Shown here piece after piece: positions 1 to 12,239 of a stretch of 64,000 bases of DNA. Source of the DNA: Lama guanicoe. Its lineage: Eukaryota. The translations under genes were made by a program, and so were the position numbers. A model generated the notes under the pieces. That model worked only from the letters and a program-made list of their open reading frames with translations. It was not told the DNA's origin and did no database searches. The stretch lies in NCBI GenBank assembly GCA_013239625.1, contig MU053482.1, forward strand, positions 62,001 to 126,000, written 5' to 3'. The stretch's first letter is position 1; the number at the start of each line of letters is the position of its first letter.

Positions 1-844
1 AGTTTAGTCAAATAATTATTGATAACTTGATTATGATAACATAAATTTTAAGACAGAATATTTGGTGGATTTTTACTTTCAGTAATGATAAGGTAGGTGT
101 TTCCAATTAATGTTTTTCCAAGGGGGAAAAAAACTAGGAAAAAATGGACAAAATATTTAAAACACATGTTTTAAGGCATTGGATTACTAACAAATTAGCA
201 AAGATAAGTGGGTCAGGATTTCAGAAAATCTGAAAAAGCTAAAAGAGATAAAGCTTGCCTTCGGTGGCTTTTTTCCTCAGCATGTTTTTTGCATTTTTTT
301 AATTTAGAAAAGCTCTCAGAAAGGCTAGTAATATGAAGAGAGCTTTAGCAGTATTTATGGCATTGGGTAGGATTGAGCATTGGAGCTCAGAATTTACCAA
401 GGAATAGCAGAAACAGACCACCAAAGGAATGCCGAGAGTAAAGGTAAATCAGAAATAAACCAGTCATCACAAAGTATGTGGTCTGTCTTAGAATTAGCTC
501 AATTTCTAATTAAAATGAGGTAAGGTATTCTTACTTTAACCACGTATCAGAACTAAAGTGAAACTCTTCATGGTGAGGCCAACAATATTGATGGCCTAAA
601 ATACCCTGACAAGGTGTCCTTCATAAAGCCCAGCCTTCAAGAAAAATAAATAAATAACCACATATAAAATAAGCAAAATTTAACAAAACAAAGAATCAAA
701 CAAAAAAAGTATTCAAAAGAGAGTCAGATAGTTGGACTGCAAAATAACTATAATTATTATACAAAACAAACAGCATGAGAAGATGAAGAATTTCAGGAAT
801 CAGTACAAGATAATGAAAGACAAAAAAAAAAAAAAAACCTTTTC

Positions 845-1980
845 CCTGAGGAACAAGGGGTCTGTGCCCACATTAAGCACCCCAACCCTTGAGTTCAGCA
901 CTGTGGAGATGAGTCCTCAAGATATCTGGCTTTGAAAACAAATCGATATTATGTCCAGGAGAACCACAGAACTGTAGGAAACAAAACACCTGCTCTTAAA
1001 GGGCTTGCACACAGATTTACCTCAGTACCTGGACCGAAAGTAGCAGTCTGAAAAGCACCTAGACCATGTGTGAAGAAGACCCACTTACTAATCTTAAAGC
1101 ATCTGCCAGAGAGGCAGGAATCTGCTGGGAATGTCTCTGGGGTCAGGGGTCATGGTGCGCACCATTTTTGCCATTTTCTTGCTAGTGCCAGCACTGGTGG
1201 GTGCCATTATGGAAGTCTCCTTCTAACTTGATAGTATCAGCCAGTGTGCCTGCCCCAGACCCTGCACAGCAGCCATTCAACAAGCCAGCTGGGGGAGGGC
1301 CCTGCCCCACTAAACCACAGCTACATCAAAACACAGAAAGCACCCTGCTGTGACCCACACCCAGAGCCAAAGGGCACATGTAGTCACACAGGGAACATCC
1401 CGTGAATGTCTGGCTCTGTTGGCCAAGCCAGGTTGCACTTTTGGGTCCCAAGGCCACTCTGTCAAGACTGGGAGAGGTAGCTGTTTCACCTAACACATAG
1501 AAACAAACACAAAGGGGTAAAATGAGGATACAGAGGCATATGTTCCAAATGAAAAAACAAGACAAAAAGACTCTTAAGTCCCTTAAGGTATCTTCATTTT
1601 TTAAAAATTACTTTTCCTTTTTGCTGCTCTAAGTGAGTTCCAGTGTTTCGTCTTCCTGCTCTCGATCTGTTCTTCTGTTTCATCTAGTCTGCAGTTGAAC
1701 CTCACTAGTGTATTTCCTAGTCTAGTTATTTATTCTGCTATGTGACTTTTATCTGGTATTTTCTTATGTTTTCCATATCTTTGTTAAAGATCTCACTGTA
1801 TTTATTCATTTAGCTCCCAAGTTCAGTAAGCATGTTTATGAGCCTTATTTTGAACTCTTTTTTCTGGTCAATTACTTATCTCCTTTTTAAAAAGTGAGGA
1901 TACCTTAAAGGACCTAGGGACAACATTAAGAAGAATAACTTTTGCAGAAGGAGAAGAGAGAAGAGAAAAGGAGAAGAGAG
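845..1980 (+). mobile_element. LINE-1 5' UTR and ORF1 start fragment with an internally inverted ORF1 segment (~1575-1883)
   Basis: GC-richer L1 5'UTR-like sequence leads into ATGAGGATACAGAGGCATATGTTCCAAATGAAAAAACAAGACAAAA (ORF1 start-like). The reverse complement of 1575-1883 reads as decayed ORF1 coiled-coil sequence, and sense ORF1 resumes at 1884. Confidence 0.75.
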
Positions 1981-1989
1981 AAACAGTTC

Positions 1990-2710
1990 TATCACTAGCT
2001 ACTTCTGCTAAGGGTCCCAGGAAGAGCCAAACCCATCTATGCTCTCTGTAATAGACAAGCCAGTCTCAGACTTAATCATGACCCTGAAGCGGTCCCATGA
2101 CCTGATTCTATCCCAATCTACCAAAGATCAGATGCAATTCTGCCCAAATAGACACCAGCCCAGTGACCCAATGGGAGGACTTTCAGGGACCCAGTGGAAG
2201 TCATATCCATTTGCAACCCTGGTAACAGTCCTGTCAACTGCAGACCTGACTATTGACCAGGTAACAGCCATAAGACCCAGCTCCAGTTCTACTCAACCAT
2301 GATCTCAGTGGTAGTCCCATAAGTCCACGGTCCTGGCAGAACAAGAATGCTACTTGCCAAAACCAGTCTAAACCTTGGAAGGTATGTCTGTTCTTTGAAA
2401 TGCACATACCAACTCAAGGCTACATAAATCACAAAGAATCAGACACAACACTAACAAAGGCAAATAATAAAACTCCAATAACTGTTCCTAAAGAAACTGA
2501 GATCTACAAACTGTTTAACAAAAAAAAAGCAAAATAATGATCATAAAGAAGCTCAATACACTACAAGAGAAATCATACACCCTCATGTAATCAGGAAAAC
2601 AATACATAAGCAAAATGAAAAGTCTAACAAAGAAATAGATACTATAAGAAATGAACTAAACAGAAGTACTGGAGCTGAAGAATATAATGACTGAAGTGAA
2701 AAATTCAAGG
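1990..2710 (+). mobile_element. Older LINE-1 5' region / ORF1 fragment
   Basis: A-rich decayed ORF1-like sequence (AAAGAAACTGAGATCTACAAACTG...AAGAAGCTCAAT...CTGGAGCTGAAGAATATAATGACTGAA). Confidence 0.6.
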
Positions 2711-2719
2711 AATTTTTTT

Positions 2720-3195
2720 AAATGTGGTTTATATGTACAATGGAATGTTATGCAGCCTTAAAAAAGAAGGAAATTCTGCCATTGCAACAACATGGATAAA
2801 ACTGAAGACATTATGCTAAATGAAATAAGCCAATCACATAGACAAATATCGCATGATTTTGGTTTTATGTGAGATCTTTTTTTCTTTTTAAAGCTGAACT
2901 TACAGTAACAGAGAGTAGAGCAATGGTTACCACATGCTGGGGCATGGGAGAAAAGGGGCTCTAAAAAAATAAAAAGTGAATGGTAGTTGTCAGGAAATGG
3001 GGGTAGCGGGTCACTGGGAGTTATTGTTTAACGGGTACAGAGTTTGTTTTACCAAAGTGAAAATTTTCTGGATATGGATAGTGTTTATGGTTGTTCAACA
3101 ACATGAATGTGCTTAGTACTACTGAACCATACTTCAAAATGGTTAAGACAGTAAATTTTATGTAACATGTATTCTATCACAATAAAATATTAGGA
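2720..3195 (+). mobile_element. LINE-1 (L1MA/MB-type) 3' end fragments
   Basis: Typical ORF2-end and 3'UTR motifs: ATGGAATGTTATGCAGCCTTAAAAAAGAAGGAAATTCTG, CATTATGCTAAATGAAATAAGCCA, AAAATGGTTAAGACAGTAAATTTTATG. Confidence 0.75.
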
Positions 3196-4959
3196 AAAAT
3201 GGGAAAGGTAGTAGACACTAAGCCAAAGGGGAAAAAAATGTACATGTTATAATAGCAGCACAAACTGATATAGGAGACATAGAGATCACATTTGTTTTGT
3301 AAAGAAAACTATCATAGAAGACATGGTAAATGGGGGAGAGCTGAAAAAAGTAGAAATGAATGGTTTCATAAGAAGGACTCTGAATCACCAAAAACAGTGC
3401 AATGTGAAGGGTCATGGAGTAGAATTAAAATTTAAAGTATTGATTAGTTATTGACTGAAGGACTTGGCAACAATGGGTGTTTGTGCTTTATTATATAAAG
3501 TCTATAGAATACAATGAAGAGATGGAAGTCAGAGGAAGGAATTTTATTTAACAAGAGATTGGACAGAGTCAGACTTGATTTGGGAAGGTAAATGTTGATA
3601 CAGTGGTAAGGATGGATACCATGAGAAAGTAATGGGAGAATAGGGTGTAAGCTTCTTGTTGATCAAAAAGAGAAGTAATGAAAACAAGAACATAGTAGAT
3701 ATAACCAGAATCTCTTTTGGACCACAGACAACATTATCACCACTATCATAATAACTCAAAATTGTCTGAACTTAGAAGATAAAAAATAAAAACTTATTGT
3801 CTAATGTATTCAATTTTCCCTCAGTATTTTTCTCTCTGCACTCAGGAAAGCCATGTCCTATGATATGTCCTGGTACTCTCAGGTCAACTTCAAAATCATG
3901 CAGGAGAGAAGACTATGAAAAATTACACTTTGAGGTCTAATTGGATTCTGTTTTCTCAGGAGGGAGATTGTGGAGTTTCTTTCACCCTCTTCCCAAAGAG
4001 CTGAAACACAGGAAAACCCCTCTCCAAATATTTATCTGTTTTCCACTAGTTATGATCTGGGAAGAAGAGTCTTACTGGGTTGGAAGAAAGTTGATACTAT
4101 TATCTATAGGTATGAACACTGCCAAAAAACAGAGTTGGTGCCACAGACTATAGTGTGTCTGTTTCAAGGATCTTCTTCATCTTAAGAAGCCACATTTGTA
4201 ACAATGCCATACTGCATCAGGAAGCACATATTTATATTAAAAACAGTAGAAGAGTTGCTAAGGATAGTTAAGTTAAGAAGTCACACTTTGAAGACTTAAT
4301 GGTCTAAAATAAACCTAAATACTTTCAAGCCTTCTGAAGGGAGCAAAGTCAATATTATCTCCTATATATTAAAAGACTCCTCTCATTCTTTAATATTTTC
4401 CTTCCTAGTAGCTCATGAGACATCCTCTCCCTTGAGCTAAGGAGGTATATCTGATGTGGTGATGTTTCTCTGAAGATGTAGTAGAGACGAACAGAGTTAG
4501 ATGGATTTAATGACTCATGACCCCATATTTATGCCCAGAGGACTTTGAAGGCTAAGCTCAGGGATTCCGGGGTATGCCTAGACTTAGAGAAGCCCTCACT
4601 CACTATAAAGTTTTCTTCCATGTGACAGGACAGACTTGTGTTCCAGGGGCTTGAAGGGGCTCCAATCACCATCTTTAGCACCAAGGCTTATACTGTGATA
4701 TTGTTCAAAGTTAGGGCTGGGAGAGAAAATATTAGAAAGGTAAGGATACATGGACAGAGGAAATGAGATACTACAGAGAGGAGGAAAAGAGGTAAATGAG
4801 GAGAGAAGGGGTAAGTAGCCTCCACTTTGCTGAAAAGTTATCCAAAGTACTATTCTCCATTCTATCCACAAAAGAACACAACAGAGGATATGGGATTGGA
4901 GCAGACAACTGCAGGTGAGAAAACAGTGATATGTCAATGAGTGACATGCAGAATTTCTT

Positions 4960-4999
4960 TCTCTCTCTCACACACACACACACACTCTCTCACACACAC
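4960..4999 (+). repeat. (CT)n/(CA)n compound microsatellite
   Basis: Directly visible dinucleotide runs. Confidence 0.9.
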
Positions 5000-5688
5000 A
5001 TGCAAATACTTAAAACATTCACATTTACAAATTATGGCTCTGTTCAACAGCTAAATTCTTAAAAACTGGGAACCATATCTTCATATGGCAATGTTAGGGA
5101 TATTAAAAGGCATATCCCCTGGTTCTTTGCCCCCAGTAGCAGCATTTCTGTTGGTAGAGAATAGATAGATAAATAAAGGCATGTTATGTTAGATGCTGCA
5201 AAACTGTACAATATCCTAGAGGACACCAAAAGTTAACAGAAAAAAAATTTTCTTCTTTATTACTTTAAGGGATCAGGGAAGATTCATTTACTACACTTTA
5301 ATTTTAGCACCACTTAAAATTGCTAGATATTTCATCTATTTCTACCTGAAGCTACGCATCATTTCAGGATAGGGGTGTAATTTTGCATGTTAATTAGTAA
5401 TCATAAGTTGTAAGGATGATGAACATGATTTAGCTGATAAGCAAAAGGCAATTTACTGTAAGAACATCAGGGGAATCACAGAATACACAGGAGCCTGGAG
5501 GTATGGGATTAGAAACCATGCCTTTCCATAAGATTAGCAAGCCTCAAAAATAGCAATGGTGTTTTAGTAATAATAGAATAAAGAAAATTCTGAGACTATC
5601 TGTTTAAGTTCCCTTTTACCTGGTGACTGCACCAGATCCATGAGGCAAATCCCTACATTTATTTCAAAACACAAACAGTGGTATAAAT

Positions 5689-5748
5689 CAGCAGTTCTCA
5701 TTTTGACTTAGGACTCTTTAACACCAGAGCACACTTTGAGAACCACTG
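5689..5748. mobile_element. Very short, internally deleted MER5-like hAT DNA transposon remnant
   Basis: Ends CAGCAGTTCTCA ... TGAGAACCACTG form an imperfect 12-bp inverted repeat resembling MER5 TIRs; ACACTTTGAGAACCACTG is the typical MER5A end. Confidence 0.5.
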
Positions 5749-6064
5749 GGCATTGTATATTTCAAAAATTAACTAAAAGAGCCACTTGGAAAAGGGATGG
5801 AAGGGAATGAGATAAAGTGTAAGTATATACTCCTTTGTGAAAATTGACAGTTCTTCAAAGATCTCACATTACACAAAATAAAAACCACAAACAGTATTGC
5901 TTGTGATGAATCTCAGAACAATAACTTGTGTTGAGAAAGTTGCTCAATTACTTTCTGGAAAGAGGAGACTCTCTAATGTTTCTAAATTAACTACTACCAT
6001 TACCTCCAGTGTACTGATTAGAGGTCTTTCTATCTTTCTAGGACTCTGATAAGAAAGCATCTTA

Positions 6065-6209
6065 AAATATACACAAAATGTTATGATAAATCACAGAGAA
6101 AAAAATGTGACAATGAGTGTGTATATGTCCATGAATGACTGAAAAATTGTGCTGAACACTGGAATTTGACACAACATTGTAAAATGATTATAAATCACTA
6201 AAAAAAAAG
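6065..6209 (+). mobile_element. 5'-truncated young L1 3' tail
   Basis: Aligns by eye to 31094-31245 in this window (CACAGAGAAA..TGTGACAATGA..ACTGAAAAATTGTGCT..GGAATTTGACACAACATTGTA..ATGATTATAAATCA) and ends in an A-tail. Confidence 0.85.
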
Positions 6210-6259
6210 ACAGTTAAGATCCTACTTCTTAATAGTAATTCAATGACACCTCCAGGAGA

Positions 6260-7044
6260 ATGTCTATGAATGACACCCAGTTCCATCCACCCTTCTTTCA
6301 CCTGCTAGGAATACCAGGATTGGAAACTGTGCATATCTGGATTGCTTTTCCATTCCGTATTGTGTATCTGATTGCCCTGGTGGAGAATATCATCATTCTC
6401 TATGTGATTAGGACTGAACATCTTCTCCACCAACCCATGTTCTACTTCCTGGTCATGTTGTCTATGATTGATCTGGGCCTGTCCACCTCCACCATCCCCA
6501 AAATGCTAGGCATCTTCTGGTTCAACCTCCAAGAGATCAGCTTTGGGGGCTGCTTGGCTCAGATGTTCTTTATCCACATGTTTACAAGCATGGAGACTGT
6601 TCTACTGGTGGCCATGGCTTATGACCATTTTGTTGCCATCTGCAACCCTCTCCAGTACACCATGATCCTCACCAATAAAACCATCAGCATTTTAGCCTCG
6701 GTTGTTGTTGGAAGAAATTTAATTCTTGTGACTCCATTTGTGTTTCTCATTCTGAGCCTGCCCTTCTGTGGGCATTACATCATTCCTCATACATACTGTA
6801 AGCACACGAGTCTTGCCCGCTTGGTCTGTGCACCCATCAAGGTCAACGTTATCTATAGGCTCATGGTGATATCTAATATCATTGTAGATGTGATTCTAAT
6901 TGCCTCTTCTTACGTGCTGATCCTCCAAGCTGTTTTCTGTCTTCCCTCTCAGGATGCCCGACTAAAGGCTCTCAATACTTGTGGTTCTCATGTCTGTGTC
7001 ATGCTGTGCTTTTACACACCAGCCTTTTTTTCTTTCATGACACA
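6260..7044 (+). CDS. OR52E4: Olfactory receptor 52E4-like, partial (3' end lost in gap); possibly non-functional
   Basis: Class I OR motifs [29 protein letters not shown](H)[23 protein letters not shown]. Closely matches my recall of human OR52E4. Candidate acceptor CTCCAG ends at 6255. Confidence 0.85.
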
Positions 7045-7854
7045 NNNNNNNNNNNNNNNNNNNNNNNNNNNNNNNNNNNNNNNNNNNNNNNNNNNNNNNN
7101 NNNNNNNNNNNNNNNNNNNNNNNNNNNNNNNNNNNNNNNNNNNNNNNNNNNNNNNNNNNNNNNNNNNNNNNNNNNNNNNNNNNNNNNNNNNNNNNNNNNN
7201 NNNNNNNNNNNNNNNNNNNNNNNNNNNNNNNNNNNNNNNNNNNNNNNNNNNNNNNNNNNNNNNNNNNNNNNNNNNNNNNNNNNNNNNNNNNNNNNNNNNN
7301 NNNNNNNNNNNNNNNNNNNNNNNNNNNNNNNNNNNNNNNNNNNNNNNNNNNNNNNNNNNNNNNNNNNNNNNNNNNNNNNNNNNNNNNNNNNNNNNNNNNN
7401 NNNNNNNNNNNNNNNNNNNNNNNNNNNNNNNNNNNNNNNNNNNNNNNNNNNNNNNNNNNNNNNNNNNNNNNNNNNNNNNNNNNNNNNNNNNNNNNNNNNN
7501 NNNNNNNNNNNNNNNNNNNNNNNNNNNNNNNNNNNNNNNNNNNNNNNNNNNNNNNNNNNNNNNNNNNNNNNNNNNNNNNNNNNNNNNNNNNNNNNNNNNN
7601 NNNNNNNNNNNNNNNNNNNNNNNNNNNNNNNNNNNNNNNNNNNNNNNNNNNNNNNNNNNNNNNNNNNNNNNNNNNNNNNNNNNNNNNNNNNNNNNNNNNN
7701 NNNNNNNNNNNNNNNNNNNNNNNNNNNNNNNNNNNNNNNNNNNNNNNNNNNNNNNNNNNNNNNNNNNNNNNNNNNNNNNNNNNNNNNNNNNNNNNNNNNN
7801 NNNNNNNNNNNNNNNNNNNNNNNNNNNNNNNNNNNNNNNNNNNNNNNNNNNNNN
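7045..7854. other. Assembly gap (810 N)
   Basis: Run of N. Confidence 1.
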
Positions 7855-7979
7855 GTAAGACCCATAAAATATATATATGCATATATTATATATTATGCAT
7901 GGTATTTTATTACATAAAGTAAAAGTAAGTTTAAATAGATAAGTCTGCAGTGAAAAATAAGGCAGCTAGCTTATTGGTT

Positions 7980-8435
7980 GTGTTAATCAGAGTTCTGGAA
8001 AAAATATTTACAAACTCAAGCCGGAGCCCTTATGCTATGGCAAACTATAGGCACAGTGTAGGAAAACCACAAGAGACAGCAGGTATAGCAGACATGACAA
8101 ATATTTACAACTCCTTGGCCTGAAGAAAAGTGGTTCCCGGAACCTCGAGACTCAGAGACATTGTGTAGAAACCTACCTGGCAGGAGTTGGGATTTATTTT
8201 GAGGGACTTGCCCAGCCCATGATGACCTTCAGGTCACCTCGCAAGGAGAGAGGATGAGCAAACCAGAAAAAATACCCTGACCTTCCTCCCTTCCCACTCA
8301 CTCTCTTGCTGCTGCTTTCTATTTTCTGAACACAACCAGATGCCAAGGTGCAAAGGATGCTACCAGTGCAGGACATACGTGTGATTCCTCCAGGGTAGAG
8401 TATAGAATGGTTCTGGAGAAATAGAAGAAATCCAG
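7980..8435. mobile_element. Old ERVL-type LTR remnant
   Basis: GC-richer block resembling LTR33/LTR41-class relics; family not resolved. Confidence 0.4.
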
Positions 8436-9539
8436 CACACTGGCCCACATAAATGAAGAGCTGGAAAAAATTCTGAACAAAAACTTAAAGGCAGGTATTT
8501 TTATATATCCCCCTCTTAATTACTATTCTATATCATTTTTCTCAGGATCGTATCTGTGATATTTGATACTGTCTCTCTTTTTGTTCTCAGAGTTCCCTTT
8601 GAAGAGAGTTGAATTTCTTTTTATCCTTTAAGACAACTCACGAGTTACACAAAATAACGCTGATTTTTAAAAATCATGTTACTAATACACTTTGAAATCA
8701 AATCTACCATGTTTACCTTGCGTATTAAATTTTTTTAAAAAAAAGAAGGAATGAAATAACCATGTAATTGCCATGCATGTTCTATGTTTGTATTCCTAAC
8801 TGTTCACATAAATTTTATATTACTCTTTCCCTAAGGCCCGAAGAGAGATAAAGAAAAAATTGATATGCCGGGAGTATTCTCTTACATATTTTATAAGATT
8901 CATGGGTATTGAAGAAAACAATGAGCTTTCTACATCTTTAATTAGCATTGAAATTCAAAAACATTGATATGAAAACGTATAGCCAGTTGTAACACATTTT
9001 GCAGAGAATATCATAAATGATCAAGAAGAGTCACTAAATTTTTATCCTTTACACTTTTATCATAAAATAAATCAAAACTTTTCAAAGAGAAGATGGTTAT
9101 TGACTTTGGAGCTATATAAGTAAAGATATATGTAAAATATCTTGAAAAATCACAGTTACCTGATACCTCACATGAGATCTTTTGTTATCTGCTCAAGAAA
9201 GGTAGTTGATTTGACCATTGCATACAAATGCTAAATTTTTCCAGCAAACTTTTATTGATTTAGCTTACATTTATTGAGCACCTAAATCATATGTTGTCTA
9301 ACTCATAGCAGGAGCTTAGTAAATGTAGGTTGAATCAAGGAATGTTTGTTTGTCATTATGAGTATTACTGACATCTAGCGGTCAAGCTAAATGCATTTCT
9401 TAAATGAATCCTCTATAAGAACAATCTAGTGAACTAAAAAGTAACTGCAGCTGTTCTACTCAAATTTCACATTTAAAGCATCTATTTCAAATAAGTAATA
9501 AAGATAATGTCTATTTTAATAATAACTCAGATCTATCGT

Positions 9540-9950
9540 TGAACACTGCTGTTCTACTCAAACGCATTACCTCACTTAATTCAGAGATAAGCCATGTGAC
9601 TTGTGAATTGTCATTTTTCATCACCCTTGTGAATCTATGTGGGGGAACATGAGGCTCAGTAAGGTAAGAAATGCTTGCAACATCTCTCAGCTACTGCACT
9701 GCCGAAAAGAGATCTGAATATAAGTTTTCTGACTCTAAAATGTTGACTCCAGAGATAATGCCATAAATAATATAACAGCCAGTGTTTATGTATCAATTAA
9801 CTCCTAATAAACAATTACTGAGCACCTTCTAGGCATTATCCTATTATTATCATTACAATAATCCTGTAAGTCAATACGATTTTTTCCCATTTCCCCAGGA
9901 GAAGGCCAAGGTTAGAATGAAAAATTAAATTGACCAAAGTCACAGAAGAG
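9540..9950 (-). mobile_element. MIR SINE fragments
   Basis: MIR core-like motifs GAGGCTCAG..AAGGTAAG..CTTGC and TTGACCAAAGTCACAG. Confidence 0.5.
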
Positions 9951-10479
9951 ACAGACAAAAAATCACGTTCTTAATATGCATGATAAGCTGCATTCCCCTT
10001 ATATAAATATATATATTTGTATTTGTGTTTTTTATTAATTAATATATCTAGTGTTAGAGGCTCTATATTCTTACAAAAATCATTTAGTGTAATTCTTAAA
10101 ACAGAGCTCAGGGTTTGGAAACTTATGCAAGAATTCCGGCTCTGCCATTTATAAAATGTGCATATATTTCTGAACTGAGTTTGAGAAATTCTGTTTTTTC
10201 CTAGAGTGCTCTTTCCTCGCCTCTCCTACCTGTCTGCCAAAAGTAACTCTTCACCTGGTACCAAAGTGAGATTTAAAGCATTGGTGGGAAGACACTATGC
10301 CTCTGACTGACTAAACTCCTGGGACCTGTTCTGGGGGATACTTGCTGGATGATGCAGATTGCAGATCATCCATTACCAGAAGGTATCTCTGACCAGAAAG
10401 TATATAATTTATCCTTAGAGATATGGAAATTTTTTGTCCCATACTACAGGTCCAAGGACACAACCCACAGTAGGGAGGC

Positions 10480-11360
10480 CCTTCCCAGGGGGCTAGAGTT
10501 CTTATATAACTCCTTGGCCCTGGCTATTGGGAACTCAGTCACATGCAGGTTGCAGTCTCTGGTATCCAGTTCTTTGCAAATGATTTCTCAGATGCTGGCC
10601 AGAGGTAGGTGAGTCAGTTTCTGGTTATGCTGGAAGAGGGATCACAATGACAGTAGCGAAAGTGATTGGTGGAATGATGGAGTTCCAGCAACTCAGCCAA
10701 AGTCTCTGTCGATAAGGCCACTTGAAAGCAATGCAGCAAGAGAGAAAGGAGTTGTGTTGAGAACCTGAATCTGCAGCTGCACATCAGCCACTAACACAAA
10801 AGCACACAGCGAAAACACTCACAGTGCTAAATATACAATCTGATATCAACAAGCCTGGGTTGTATATATAGATACAAACATACAAACAAAGCATGTTATA
10901 TGCAAACACAAGGGGGAAAAACAATGGTAACTCTCATTAGCTGGCACAAATGAAGTCCTTCCTTTCCTGCATCCTTTTGTTTTGTCATCTCAGAAGAGAA
11001 CCTCTTACACTGAGCACAGTCATCTTAGTGAGAGGTTACAGCATATCTGAAAATGGAGCGCAGAAGGGTTGAGAGAGGGGAGGCCTGGAAAGCTGGGCAA
11101 AGTGGTTATTTGATTCTGTTGCAAAGGATGGAAAGCAGTCCCTGGGAGAAGCTCACCACAGTTTCCCCAGGGAATTGAGTGTCTGAAAGGGAAAAGAGAG
11201 GTTCAGAAAGGGAGAGAAAAAAGAGCATTAGAGAGTTATAGTGAAGATACACTTTAAAAATACACATGAAAGTGCTTATTAAACCAAAGAAAATATGAAG
11301 CACACAAAAGGGGGAGATGACTGCATCACTAGGGGTCACAGTTAGGGTAATTAATGGTTG
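10480..11360 (+). promoter_or_regulatory. Candidate OR52E5 promoter / 5' non-coding exon region
   Basis: O/E-like sites TTCCCAGGGG (~10482), TCCCTGGGA (11139-11147) and TTCCCCAGGGAA (11163-11174); homeodomain-like TAATTA (~11348); splice donors GAG|GTAGGT and TAG|GTGAGT at 10605 and 10609. Confidence 0.45.
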
Positions 11361-12239
11361 CCACACAGGCAGTGACCTAGACAGACAATAATTTCTGCCA
11401 ATGAAAATAAGCTTAAATTGACCAGGAGCATTCTGAAACCATAATATATTTAAAATACCAAAGCACTTTTTAGAACATTTCCCTACAATGACTGTTTTAA
11501 AATGTCAGGGTAACTAAGTAGAAACCTTATATGAGGCCAAGAAGCAAAATACTGGCATCACCAGACTTTAAGCTCTGTGAAACCGGGGGCTTGGACTAAG
11601 TGGCATGCCCACATTTGGAGCAGTACTTGGCAGGTGATAACCACTATAACATACTTGTCAAATGAGTTAAAGGATTATCAACTGAGAACTTCCATAATAT
11701 AATAGATGAAGGCAGAGGGTGGTGGTAGTATAAGTTTACAGATGATCCAAAATATAGAAGGTGGAGTCAACTAATTGGAAGTCATTATTAGAACATGTAA
11801 CAATCTATAAAATGTCAGGACCTCGATACATGAACTTAATCTTTTATTGCAGGAAAAAGATGGTAAGTCCAACCAGGTGAAGTAACCCACTCTCCTGCCT
11901 ACCCTAAGTCACTGGCAGGAGCAAAGAGAGGACTTCTCAAACTACATATAAGTCCTCAGTCCCTCTCCCCTAGTTCAGCACAGAGCCCTCTGCTCCCTTT
12001 GCTTACAGTATGAATCACTGCTTCTCAGTCACATTTTATTAATTATATATTGATCAGTCGTATCTTTTTCAAAAGGAAAACTATTGAGGGTCATTTGTGA
12101 AGAATGTGTTAAGGTAAAAGATTCTAGAATTTTTAATTAACTCAGTAGTTGAGAAGGGAAGAAAAGCAGATTTGATAGCTATTTCTGAAGACTAGCCTTA
12201 TTAAACAGCTACAAAATTGACCTGCTCAAATCAATCTCC

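Noticed and set aside
6962..7917. Long ORFs crossing 7045-7854, including the 532-aa version of OR52E4
   Set aside because: Artefacts of translating through N.
9075..9083. AAACTTTTC (motif I recall from the class I OR enhancer J element), also at 16681-16689
   Set aside because: About one hit is expected by chance in 64 kb of AT-rich DNA, and there is no adjacent O/E cluster.
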